Assembly: GCF_009914755.1 (NCBI RefSeq)
Contig: NC_060925.1
Strand: one strand, 5' to 3'
DNA from: the human T2T-CHM13v2.0 reference genome, Homo sapiens
DNA: 64,000 nt
Shown here piece by piece: positions 1 to 10,965 of this stretch. The stretch's first letter is position 1; each line of letters opens with the position of its first letter. The notes beneath the pieces are model-generated. The model searched no databases and was not told where the DNA came from. It saw only the letters and a program-made list of their open reading frames with translations. The position numbers and the translations under genes were made by a program.

Positions 1-489
1 TAGGCAGAGCAGCTCCAAGGGCTGCTGGTTGGCTATTTCTATGGTTTTATTTTATCATATGCTAAATAAGCGGTGGATTATTCATGAGTTTTCTGGGAAA
101 GGGGTGGGGAATTCCTGGAACTGAGGGTTTTTCCCCGATTAGGACCATATAGGGTAAATTCTGGCTATTGCCATGGTATTTGTAAACTGTCATGGCTCTG
201 GTGGGGGTGTCTTTTAGCATGTTAATTTATTATAATTAGCCTATAATGAGCAGTGAGGACAACCAGAGGTCACTTTTGTTCCCATCTTGGTTTTGGTGGA
301 TTTTGGCCGTCATCTTTACTGCAGCCTGTTTTATCAGCGGGATCTTTGTGACTTGTATCTTGTGTCCACCTTCCATCTCATCCTGTGACTAAAATTGCCT
401 CACCTCTTGGAAATACAGTCCAGCAGGTCTCAGCCTCATTTTACCCAGCCCTATTCAAGATGAAGTCACCTGTTCAAACACCTCTGACA
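1..489 (-). mobile_element. MER41B LTR (ERV1), cut by the window edge
   Basis: Reverse complement starts TGTCAGAGGTGTTTGAAC...CATCTTGAATAGGGCTGGGTAAAATGAGGCTGAGACCT as in the MER41 consensus. It carries the MER41B-type block AACCCTCAGTTCCAGGAATTCCCCACCCCTTTCCCAGAAAACTCATGAATAATCCACC. Confidence 0.85.
91..120. promoter_or_regulatory. Tandem GAS (STAT1) motifs inside MER41B
   Basis: TTCTGGGAA at 91-99 and TTCCTGGAA at 112-120 both fit TTCNNNGAA. Function not shown. Confidence 0.6.
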
Positions 490-612
490 CAATCTGTAAT
501 AATTTGTTGCCAGGAAATAGAAATGGGTGTTCATTTCATTGATTTTGTAATACAATACCTGGCACTTAGTTGATCCTTGATAAGGTTTGTATATATGGAC
601 AGAGAAGATGGA

Positions 613-2868
613 TGTATTAGTCCATTTTCACACTGCTGATAAAGACATACCCAAGACCGGGAAGAAAAAGAGGTTTAATTAGACTTACAGTTGCACGTGG
701 CTGGGGAGGCCTCAGAATCAAGGCACTTCTTACATGGCAGCAGCAAGAGAAAATGAGGAAGATGCAAAAGTGGAAACACCCAATAAAACCATCAGATCTT
801 GTGAGACTTACTCACTACCACAAGAACAGTATTGGGGAAACTACCCCCATGAATCAAATGATCTCCCATCAGTTCCCTCCCATAACACATGGGAATTATA
901 GGAGTGTAATTTGAGATGAGATTTGGGTGGGGACCCAGCCAAACCATATTATTCCACCTGTGGCCCCTCCAAATCTCATGTCCTTACATTTCAAAACCAA
1001 TCATGCCTTTCCAACAGTCCCCCAAAGTCTTAACTCATTTCAGCATTAACCCAAAAGTCCACAGTCCAAAGTCTTGTCTGAGACAAGGCAAGTCCCTTCT
1101 GCCTATGAGCCTGTAAAATCAAAAGCAAGCTAGTTACTTCCTAGATACAATGAGGGTACAGGTATTGGGTAAATACAGTCATTCCAAATGGAAGAAATTG
1201 GCCAAAACAAAGGGGTTACAGGGCCCATGCAAGTCCTTGCAGAATCCAGCAAGGCAGTCAAATTGTAAAGCTCCAAAATGATCTCCTTTGACTCCAGGTG
1301 TCGCATCCAGGTCATGCTGATGCAAGAGGCGGGTTCCCATGGTCTTGGGCAGCTCCACCCCTATGGCTTTGCAGGGTGCAGCCTCCCTCCCAGCTGCTTT
1401 CACAGGCTGGCATTGAGTGTCTGTGCTTATCCATGCAAATGGTGCAAGCTGTTGGTTGATCTACCATTCTGGGGTCTGGAGGATGGTGGTCCTCTTCTCA
1501 CAGCTCCACTAGGTCATGCCCTAGTAGGGACTCTGTGTGTGAGGGCTCTGACTCTACATTTCCCTTCTGCACTGCCCTAGCAGAGGTTCTCCATGAGTGC
1601 CCCGCCCCTGCAGCAAACTTCTGCCTGGGCATCCAGGCATATCCATACATCTTCTGAAATCTAGGTGGAGGTTCCACAGTTCTTGACTTCTGCGCACTCA
1701 AAGGCTCAACACCACGTGGAAGCTGCTAAGGCCTAGGGCTTCCACCATCTGACGTCACAGCCTGAGCTCTACATTGGTCTCTTTTAGCCATGGCTGCAGT
1801 GGCTGGGATGCAGGGCACCAAGTCCTTAGGCTGCACACAGCACCCTGGGCCTGGCCCACAAAACCATTTTCTCCTAAGTTTCTGGGCCTGTAACTGGAGA
1901 GACTGCTGTGAAGACCTCTGACATGCCCTGGAAACGTTTTCCCCATTGTCTTGAGGATTAACATTTGGCTCGTCGTTACTTAGGCAAATTTCTGCAGCCT
2001 GCTTGAATTTCTCCTCAGAAAATGGGTTTTTCTTTTCTATCACATTTTCAGGTTGCAAATTTTCTGAACTTTTATGCTCTTCTTCCCTTATAAAACTGAA
2101 TGCCTTTAACAGCACCCAGGCCACCTCTTGAATGGTTTGCTGCTTAGAAATTTCTTCCACCAGATACCCTAAATCATCTCTGAAGTTCAAAGTTCCACAG
2201 ATCTCTAGGGCAGGGGCAAAATGTTGCCAGTCTCTTTGTTAAAACATAACAAGAGTCAACTTTGCTCCAGTTCCCAATAAGTTCCTTATCTCCATCTGAG
2301 ACCATCTCAGCCTGGACCTTATTGTCTGTATAGCTATCAGGCTTTTGGTCAAAGCCATTTGACAAGTCTCTAGGAAGCTCCAAACTTTCCCACATTTTCC
2401 TATCTTCTTCTGAGCCCTCCAAACTGTTCCAACCTCTGTCTATTACCCAGTTCCAAATTCACTTTCACATTTTCAGGTATTTTTTCAGCAACACCCCACT
2501 CTACTGGTACCAATCTGTATTAGTTCATTTTCATGCTGCTGATAAAGACATACCTGAGACTGGGAAGAAAAATAGGTTTAATTGGACATACAGTTCCACA
2601 TGGCTGGGGAGGCCTTAGAATCATGGCAGGAAGTGAAAGGCACTTCTTACATGGTGGCTGCAAGAGAAAATGAGGAAGATGCCAAAGTGGAAACCCCTGA
2701 TAAAACCATCAGATCTTGTGAGACTTATTCACTACCACAAGAACAGTATGTGGGAAACCACCCCCATGATTCAAATTATCTCCCACCAGGTCCCTCCTAC
2801 AACATGTGGGAATTATGGGAGTAAAAGTCAAGATGAGATTTGGGTGGGGGCACAGCCAAACTATGTCA
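613..2868 (-). mobile_element. Full-length THE1C MaLR element (LTR 613-951, internal 952-2515, LTR 2516-2868)
   Basis: Two ~350-bp direct LTRs, each beginning TGTATTAG on +, with THE1C-type GCAAGAGAAAATGAGGAAGATGC. THE1-int lies between them. Imperfect 5-bp TSD ATGGA (608-612) / ATGGG (2869-2873). Confidence 0.92.
1726..2422 (-). pseudogene. Frameshifted remnant of the THE1/MaLR internal ORF
   Basis: ORFs 2174-2422 (MEGSEEDRKMWESLELPRDL...) and 1726-2190 (...DDLGYLVEEISKQQTIQEVAWVLLKAF...) match the characteristic MaLR-int translation and join through a frameshift near 2180. Confidence 0.8.
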
Positions 2869-2873
2869 ATGGG

Positions 2874-2903
2874 TAAATAAATGAATGAATGAATGAATAA
2901 ACA
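2874..2903 (+). repeat. (TGAA)n tail of an L2 3' end interrupted by THE1C
   Basis: TAAATAAATGAATGAATGAATGAATAAA. An L2-like CCTGGCACTTAG lies at ~558-570 on the other side of THE1C. Confidence 0.55.
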
Positions 2904-3369
2904 AATGTTTTAAAAAATGTGGTCTTACAGATTTTACTTTTATTTGCAAGTCTGATTTAGTTTTTCTGCTAAGGCAAATTCTACCTTGCCTCTCTTAAGG
3001 AACTGCAGAAGTTTTCTGCTGACTTTCTTAATTCTGTGGAACCAGCAGGGTTATTGCTATAACTAATATCTATAACTATGGTTGATGTATCAGGTTGAGA
3101 ATTTGAAATACACAGGGCATGAGTTTTCCATTTTGTTTGCCTTAGAGGGGACAAAGATGAAAGCTCATCAGGGTTTTTACTTTCCTGCTGCCAGTCCTGA
3201 GTTGGGGAAGGTGCTCTTACCCATCACTCTAGCCATCCAGGCCACATTGCTCCCAATTATATAAAGAGATCCATAGTGTATAAACTCCCCACACCACTCC
3301 AGACAGATTGGATTTTCATACCCTCAAGCCTCATAGGAAACTGGGGGGACAGGGGCCATACTGAGCCCA

Positions 3370-3540
3370 TGCTCTATGACGGATATTATATATATTAGCT
3401 CATTTAATCCTCTCAACAAGGATTGTAAAATAATTATCTCATTTTACAGAGAAACAGATGGGTTTGGGGGGAGTTAAGTATTATAACTTTTTCAAGATGA
3501 CATAGTTCAATAATAATAGAACTGACATTTGAACAGACTT
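3370..3540 (-). mobile_element. MIR SINE
   Basis: CTCATTTAATCCTCTCAACAA...CATTTTACAGA core. Confidence 0.7.
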
Positions 3541-3954
3541 CACATTCTTTTTACTTTTCCAACTTGCTTTTTGGTCCTTGAGAATTCTAATTATAGAAAA
3601 ACACAAAAAAACTAATATACACCTGTGTAAGAATGTGAGCAAGCAAAACTTTAGTACAGGTTCAGCTGTGTTAAGCAGCAGAAGTCAGGTTAGCAATGAG
3701 CAAGGAAAGTTACTGCTGCCTAAGTAACTTAGTGGGTTGTTGGGGCTTTGCCGACAAATGATACCACTTCCTAGACTCATGGGCACTTGCTGAGATGCCT
3801 AGAGTCCTCCCTGCTGTTGGGCTTTCCTCCTTGCCTGATACCAACTGTGAACAATTTTCCTAGTTACATGATATGACCACTAATCCCATTATAACTATTA
3901 CTACTGCTAAAAACTAGCAGCTAACATTTATTGAGTACTTACTATGCTATGAAA

Positions 3955-6900
3955 TCTGAATCAGCTTCTTACTGATTAGTGTTTTCATTGTGTATTTGTT
4001 ACCATCCTTTGCTTTTAACTATTTAGATCTTTATAGTTGATGTGGGTTTTTTGAAGATAGCATGTATTTGGTCTTTCCTTTTTATTAAATCTGACAATCT
4101 TTGCTTTTCAGTTGTGATGTTTAGACCTTTCATGTTCAGTGTAAATATTGGTATGGTCACATTTAAATGTGAAGTCTTGCTAGTTGTTTTCTATTTTCCA
4201 ATCTGTTGTTTGTTACTTGTTTCTTTCTTTTTCTGCCTAATTTTGAATTGAGTACTTTATTGTAATTCCATCTTATTTTCACGCTTGACTTTTTAGTTAT
4301 ACCTGTTTCTGAATTTTTGTTAGTGGTTGCTTTATGGTTTACAGTGTACCTCGAATTTATCACAGTCTGTCTTAATATAATATACCACTTCATGTAAGCT
4401 TGAGAACCTTTCCAGTGTCATCTTCCATTATTCTCTCTTCAATCCTTTGTCCTATTGTTTTCATACACTGTATTTCTGCACATGTTATAACCCACTAACT
4501 GTACTACTTTTGCTTTAGACAGCCAATTTCCTTTTAAAGTGAATGAAATAAGAAAAATAAATACTTTTATGATTACCTTTATTTTCACCATTTCTAGCAC
4601 TTCTTGTTTCTTTATGTAGGTCTAAATTTTCTGTTTGATATCATGATTCATCTGTGGAAGGACTTACATTTCTTGTAGTGCAGTTCTACTTTCAATGCAT
4701 TCTGTCTGCTTTTGTTGGCCTCAAAAAACCTATTTTGCATGTGTTTTCAAAAGATATTTTTGTTGGGTAGAATTCTTCACTGATTATTTTGCCTACTTAT
4801 CCAATTAACTACTGAGAGTGACAGTAAAATTCCTAGCTAAAATTGTGGATTTGTCCATTTTTACTGTATTCTGTCAATTTTCTGCTTCATGTATTTGTAT
4901 GATTTGCTCCTAGATTGCTATGTCTTGTGGTAAATTGACCCCTTTATCTCTAGGAAATATTTTTCTCTGTCTCTGGTAATTATCATCAACTTGAAACCTA
5001 CTTTGTCTGATATTAATATAGCCACATCAGCTCTCATACGCTTTGCATTTGCAGGGTGTATTAGTTATCTATTGCTGTATAACAATATTACCACACACTT
5101 AGTGACTTCAAGCAAATTGATTTTTCAGGGTTTCTATGGATCAAGAGTCTGGTCATAGCTTAAATGGGTCCTCTGCAAGGTTACAGTCATGATTATTGAC
5201 TAGGTGTTTTGCTGGCAGTTGACTGTAGGACAGAGTCCCTCAGTCCAACAGGATGCAAGTAACTGAACTTTGCCAATAACCACTTGAGTTTGGATGTGGA
5301 TCCTTCCTGTCAAACCTGGAGATGAGAACCCAGCCCTGGCCAATAATAATTGCATTCTTGCAGACAACTCATCTAAGCCATGACCAGACTCCTGACCCAC
5401 AGAAACTGAATATTCAATGTGCTTTAAGCCACTAAGTGTGTGGTAATATTGTTAGGCAGCCATAGATAACTAATGCACCATGCAAACACTAAGCATGAAA
5501 GCTGATGTGGCTATATTAACATTAGACAAAGTAGGTTTCATGTTAAAGAGAATGACTAGAGACAGAGAGAAGCATTTTCTAAAGAGAAGAGAAGGTATAA
5601 GCTGAAGTAAATAATATTTACTCCATGTGTTAGTCACTCTTAATTCCTAGCTGATTGCTGGCAGGAGGTTACCCTCAGCTCTTTGCCATATGGGCCTCCC
5701 CAGCATGCCTGCTTGCTTCGTCAAAGCCAGAAAGAGAGTCTCCTAGCAAGATAAGTGTTCCATGATTACAATGCATAATACTGTAAGTGACATCTCAACT
5801 TTGCCATATTCTATTGATTAGAAGCAAGTCTTTGGTCTTGTCCACACTCAAGGGGCAGGGATTACACAATGGTATGAACATGGGGTGTCAGGAATTGTGG
5901 AGGCCACTTTCAAATATGCCCATCCCATATGGTACACATTTCTCTGCCCTTTGACTTTCAACCTGTGTCTTTATGTTTAAAGTGTGCTAGTCATAAACAG
6001 CATACGACTCACTCTTCCTTTGTTATCAAGTCTGGAAATCTCTACCTTTTAATTGGTGCATTGGTTCATTTGAATTTAACTTAATTATTGATATGTTTGT
6101 ATTTGTCTATCATCTTGCATGTTTTAAAAACTGTGTTCCATTGGCTTTTTGTTACCCAACTCCCCATTTCCTACCATTTTTTTTTTTTGTGAATAATAGC
6201 AGTTTTTAGTTTTCTACTTTATCTCCTCCGTTATCTTTTTGTATTTTTTTTGTTTTATTTGTGTGTATGTACATATGGTTGGGTAAGAAGTTTTAATATG
6301 TCTTTTTATCTTATCAGAGTCTGTCTTTTAAAAAAATTATACTACTTTTTAAACAATGTAAAAACCTTAGAACAATATACTTCCAATCGCCATTCTCCTG
6401 CCTTTTGTGTTTCTTTTATCATCTATTTCACTTTTGCATAGATTAAAACTCCTCAATATATCGTTACAATGTTTACTTTAAACAGTCAGCGGTCTGATTT
6501 ATGGACATATTTACCATTCCTCATGTTTTTCATTCCTGCAGAACTAGGTTTTTACCTGGTGTCATTTCCCTTCAGTGGGAAGAGCTTCTTTTGCATTTCT
6601 TATCATGCACATCTGCTGAAGCCAGAGAATCTAAGCTTTTGTCTGCTTGAACTTGTCTTTATTTTGCCTATATTTTTGAGAGATATTTTCTCTGGGTATG
6701 GAATTCTAGGTTGATAATTTTTGTTTTTTAAATGTTTTTCTTACAGCGCTCTAAAAGTGTCTTTCCATTGTCTTCTGGTCTGTATTATTTCTGATGAGAG
6801 GGCAACTGTCATTCTTATTTTTTTCTCTGCATGTAATGTGGTTTTTTATTTCCTGTCTGATTTCAGATGTGTTTAAATGTAGTTTTGTTTGTATTTATTC

Positions 6901-7460
6901 AATATGCTGCTTATTATGGATTCTTGTTTTTTATTCATTTTGGAAATTTCTTAGCCTCTTCAAACATTTCCTCTGCCCTTTTTTTGTGTCTTTTTTCACT
7001 CTGGAGTTTTAATTACACAAATGATAGTTCATTTAATAATGTGCCATAAAGCTCAAATGCTCTGTTCTTTTTTTTAAAACATTTTCCTTTATATGTTTCA
7101 TTTTGAATAATTTATATTGACTCGTTATCAAATTCACTAATTATTTTCTCTGGTCTTGTCGGCTGATGACTCATTGAAAGATTCTTCATTTCTTGCATGG
7201 TATTTTTTTTCTTAGCATTTCCATCTGGTTTTTCTTTTTTCATAGAAAGTATAAACTGTCTCTGCCAACTTTCCTCATCCACACTCTCATGTTGTTCTTC
7301 TTTTATAGACAATTGTGTAACATATTGATCATATAACATGTAACGATAACTTAGTTATCTTAAAGTCTTTCTCTCATAATTCCAACATCTAGAACATCTC
7401 CGTGACTGCTTCTGTTGACTCTTTCCTCAGGGGACACGGAGTGGGCCACATCTTCTTGCT
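3955..7460 (-). mobile_element. Ancient L1M fragments (ORF1 / inter-ORF / start of ORF2), interrupted by MLT1F
   Basis: T-rich + strand with L1 endonuclease-region antisense motifs (CTACTTTGTCTGATATTAATATAGCCAC) and ORF1-like antisense near 6660-7200. Confidence 0.7.
5057..5927 (-). mobile_element. MLT1F-like MaLR LTR, internally rearranged
   Basis: Starts TGTATTAGTTATCTATTGCTG. Resumes at ~5637 with TTTGCCATATTCTATTGATTAGAAGCAAGTC...CCACACTCAAGGGGCAGGGATTACACAA. Confidence 0.75.
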
Positions 7461-7484
7461 TTCTGTGGATCTCATAGTTATCTT

Positions 7485-7795
7485 GCTTTTAATTTTGAAA
7501 TAATTTAAAACTTACAGAAAAGTTGCAAAAATAGTATAAAGAGTTCCAGTATATCTTTTGCCCAGATTCCTCTGATGTTAAGCCCTTATATAACCATGGT
7601 ACAGTGATCAAAGCTAAGAAATTAATATTGGTATAATACTATTCATTAAACTACAGTCTTTACTCGGATTTCCCTAGTTTTTCTTTGCCATGATCCAATA
7701 AAAAATATTGTATTTCATGTAGTTGTAATGTCTCCTTAGTCTCCTCCAATCTGTGAAAGTTCCCAAGTCTTTACTTGTCTTTCATGTCCTTGCCA
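7485..7795 (-). mobile_element. L1MC-type 3' end fragment
   Basis: TTTTGAAATAATTTAAAACTTACAGAAAAGTTGCAAAAATAGTA...AAGAAATTAATATTGGTATAATACTATT. Confidence 0.75.
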
Positions 7796-7870
7796 TTTCG
7801 TATCATGACTTTTGATTGAATGTCAGACATTACTGATAAAAATACAGTAGAACTCCTTGGTACCAAAATC

Positions 7871-8262
7871 TGCAGTAGCCAGGATTCTCCTGACTATATA
7901 GGATATATATATATATATATATATATGTTCTATGGGTTCCATTTGCATGATTATATATACATTATATCTATGTTTAATATTTAAATACTTATATATTTAA
8001 ATAACATATAAATATAATATATAAATAATATTTATTTAAAAATATATAAATAACTCACGTAACCATGCAAACAGAACCAATAGAATATATATATATTTAT
8101 ATAATCATGCAAACAGACTCGTATATATATATGAGTCAATTAACTGACTCGTGCAATCATGGAGGCTGAGAAGTCCCGAGATTTGCAGCCAGCAAACTGG
8201 AGACTCAGGAGAGCCCATATGTAGTTCCAGTTTGAGTCTGAAGAAATGAGAACCAAGAGAGA
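7871..8262 (-). mobile_element. MLT2 (ERVL) LTR fragment with expanded AT-rich palindromic microsatellite
   Basis: AAACAGAACCAATAG, (TA)n, ATGGAGGCTGAGAAGTCCC...CTGGAGACTCAGGAGAGCC...CAGTTTGAGTCTGAAG. Confidence 0.8.
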
Positions 8263-9094
8263 GTCCATTCTATAGTGATAAAAATCATCATGTGTCTCTT
8301 CTCTCCTAGGAGGGCCATGTGATTTTTTTGAATTTTGTTTCATTATGTTTTTTGGGAGAGTGTTTGGCTCCTTGATTGGATTAAAAATTGTAATTTTGTA
8401 GGCAAACCATCTTGTTCTTATTGTTCGAGTAGCACCAACATTTTCTTGTGATTTTCTGTATCTCACATAGACTTTGAAGTCAATCTTTGTCATTTGAAGC
8501 CTCTACATTTTTTTAAGACACAGAATTACCTAGAATATTCTGACTGACCCATTGGAGGTTTATATGTTTTGGTCCCCTATACCTCTAACTCCTTTATCCA
8601 TGAATCTGGTTTCTCCTCTACCTTAAGTCAACAAACATCAATTCTCTTACTGGCTTCTATAAGAAATCAACTTGCATCAAACTTTTAGTGGAAATTCACT
8701 AATATTTTAAGTGATCATTTGGAAGAAGGTCATTTTATAAAACCTTGTCACTCCGTCATCTTTTCTTTTCCCTTCTTCTTTTCTCTTCTCTCTGTTCTTC
8801 ATCCTCTCCCACCTGACTCACTCTGAAGATGCAGATCACCTTTTAGTTTATGTTCCCACACTTGCATGCTAAGGAATTCGGTAAAACAAAGTACCTTCCA
8901 TGCAACAGGATCTATCCTCTTGAGGAAGCAACTGGGCTTATAATTGCAAAATTTTCTTGTTATAATATAAAATAAATCAATGTCTGTATCACAAAACAGA
9001 TTAGATTATATGACTCTTAAGACCCCATCAATCTTGGGAACCATATAAAAACATAGAGATGGGAAAGGAAAGAAGAAAGTGGAAAGAAAATCAA

Positions 9095-9570
9095 TATTTA
9101 TTGAATGGCTACTATATATTCCATGGTAATAATAATAACACTTCTCAATATTTATTTAATGTTTGTTAATTGCCAGGCAGTCTACTATGCATTAATATTA
9201 ATTATGTAATTGAATATTACCTATGGGATAGATCCTATTATCATCTCCATTTTGTAGATGATGAAATTGAGGTTTCGAAAGATTAGGTTAATCGCTCAGT
9301 CATCCAGATAGTCATTAGTAGAGTACAGAGCAGGAGTTGAACCCTGGCTAGTCTGACTCAAGCTCAGTGCTTAATCACTAACACAAAAATGCCAAGCACT
9401 TTCTGTATACTCTTCACAATTCTCACAACCCTCAAAGGTAAGTACTTTTACCTCGTCATTGCACAACTGAGAAAGCTCAGAGACGGTAACACTGATTTGC
9501 TCTTGGTCACACATCCAATAAGTGTCAGGGTGCCAGAATAAGACCAATCCTGTGTACCTCCTGAGGCTCT
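9095..9570 (-). mobile_element. Adjacent MIR SINEs
   Basis: CCATTTTGTAGATGATGAAATTGAGG and TTCTCACAACCCTC...AAAGCTCAGAGA cores. Confidence 0.7.
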
Positions 9571-10774
9571 GCTCTTTCCATGGTACCCTGGGCACTCTGG
9601 CTGGGTGCTGTTTACATAACGGTGCTAACACTGCTTTGCCAGAAGGGAAAGCAGTTTACGAAGAAATTCTGCCATGAGGGAAGAGGTCAGAGATTCTGGG
9701 CTAGAACCTAGGTCTGTGGCTTCTTAGTCCCTGTCATTTTATTTACTTCCAAAGAAATAGCTTCTTTTTTTTTAATTTCAAAGCTGGTGGGCAGTTCTCA
9801 CTCTCTTGTGACTCTCTTGGGACAAATCATCCGCTGACAAAAGGAGCTGGAGACGCAATAGCATGCAACTAAGTCAATACCAAGCATGCTTAGGCTAATG
9901 TAACCCTGAACCAGACCAGCAACTGTGGAATGAGCAGCTGAGTGTGCAGTGACGGTAAGTGGGGAAACAGATGTACTTTGACTGGAGTCAGCAGAACATC
10001 TGGCGAACCTGGCCCATTGCTTCGTAATTAATCTTGGTGTTGAATCTAATGACACAATGGGATTGAAAAATTGAGCAATGTGATTGGACACATTTTGATA
10101 GTTTAATTTTCAATAACACATGGTCAGAGCTTGTTCGCATAATTACTAAATAGATTAATATGCCAATATCTCTGACCAGCTGGAAGGGAAAGATTTAGGC
10201 TTTCAAAGATCTCTGACGGGCCTTTAAATTAAAGCTGAGGTTCTGGAGAGAATGAAGGTGCAGGCCTCCTGAGAATAAGAAGTCAAATCAGGGCTAGGGA
10301 TGAAGGCCTTGAAAACAATGATTCTTGTTATTACCTCAGAAATAAACCTTCCATGAGTCGCCTTCCTTTGGAATGTCAATTTGTTTGCAGATCTACTGCA
10401 TCATGAGTTACAGGAAAGTTGGTACACCTGTCATCCTCCCATAAGCTGTGTGAAGTCACTAGTACTATGCTCATGTTACAGGTCAAGAAAAACCTTGTGT
10501 AAATGAATCAACAGTGCCAGAGAAATGGTACCAATTATCCCCTGTGTGTTGTGGTCTCCTCTATCAGGCTGAGTGTTTCAGACACAATCCAGTTGCAGTT
10601 ATCTGCAAGACCTGAAAGAAGGAGGCTAAGTTTCTCACACCTGTAATCTTCAGTCTATGCTCTGTAGCACGCAGAAGCCAGGTAGCTGATATTATTTTCC
10701 CTCATGGAAAGAAGAGGGCAAAGGTTTGTCACTGAGAGAAGTTAGGATGAGAACCAAGGCAGGGTCGATGGGGC

Positions 10775-10965
10775 AGAAAAGCAAGCAAGTGGACCCTGCA
10801 GTCAGGCTGCCTGGGTTTCTTGATAAACAGGAATAGGGTAACAATGATAGGCCTGTTTCCTCATCTGTAAAATGGGATATTTGTAGTGCCTATGTCATAA
10901 TGAATCCCTGTAAAACACTTAGAATAGCAAGTGACACACAGTAAACTTTACTAAATGCTAAGTAG
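10775..10965 (+). mobile_element. MIR SINE
   Basis: GTCAGGCTGCCTGGGTT...GTTTCCTCATCTGTAAAATGGGATA...AAAACACTTAGAATAG. Confidence 0.75.

Noticed and set aside
1179-1964. Several 60-100 aa ORFs overlapping THE1-int
   Set aside because: Alternative frames of the MaLR internal region, not host genes.
8140-8493. 117-aa minus-strand ORF (MTKIDFKVYV...)
   Set aside because: Runs into the MLT2 LTR, has no motif I recognise and no splice or poly(A) context. Probably decayed repeat. BLASTP would settle it.
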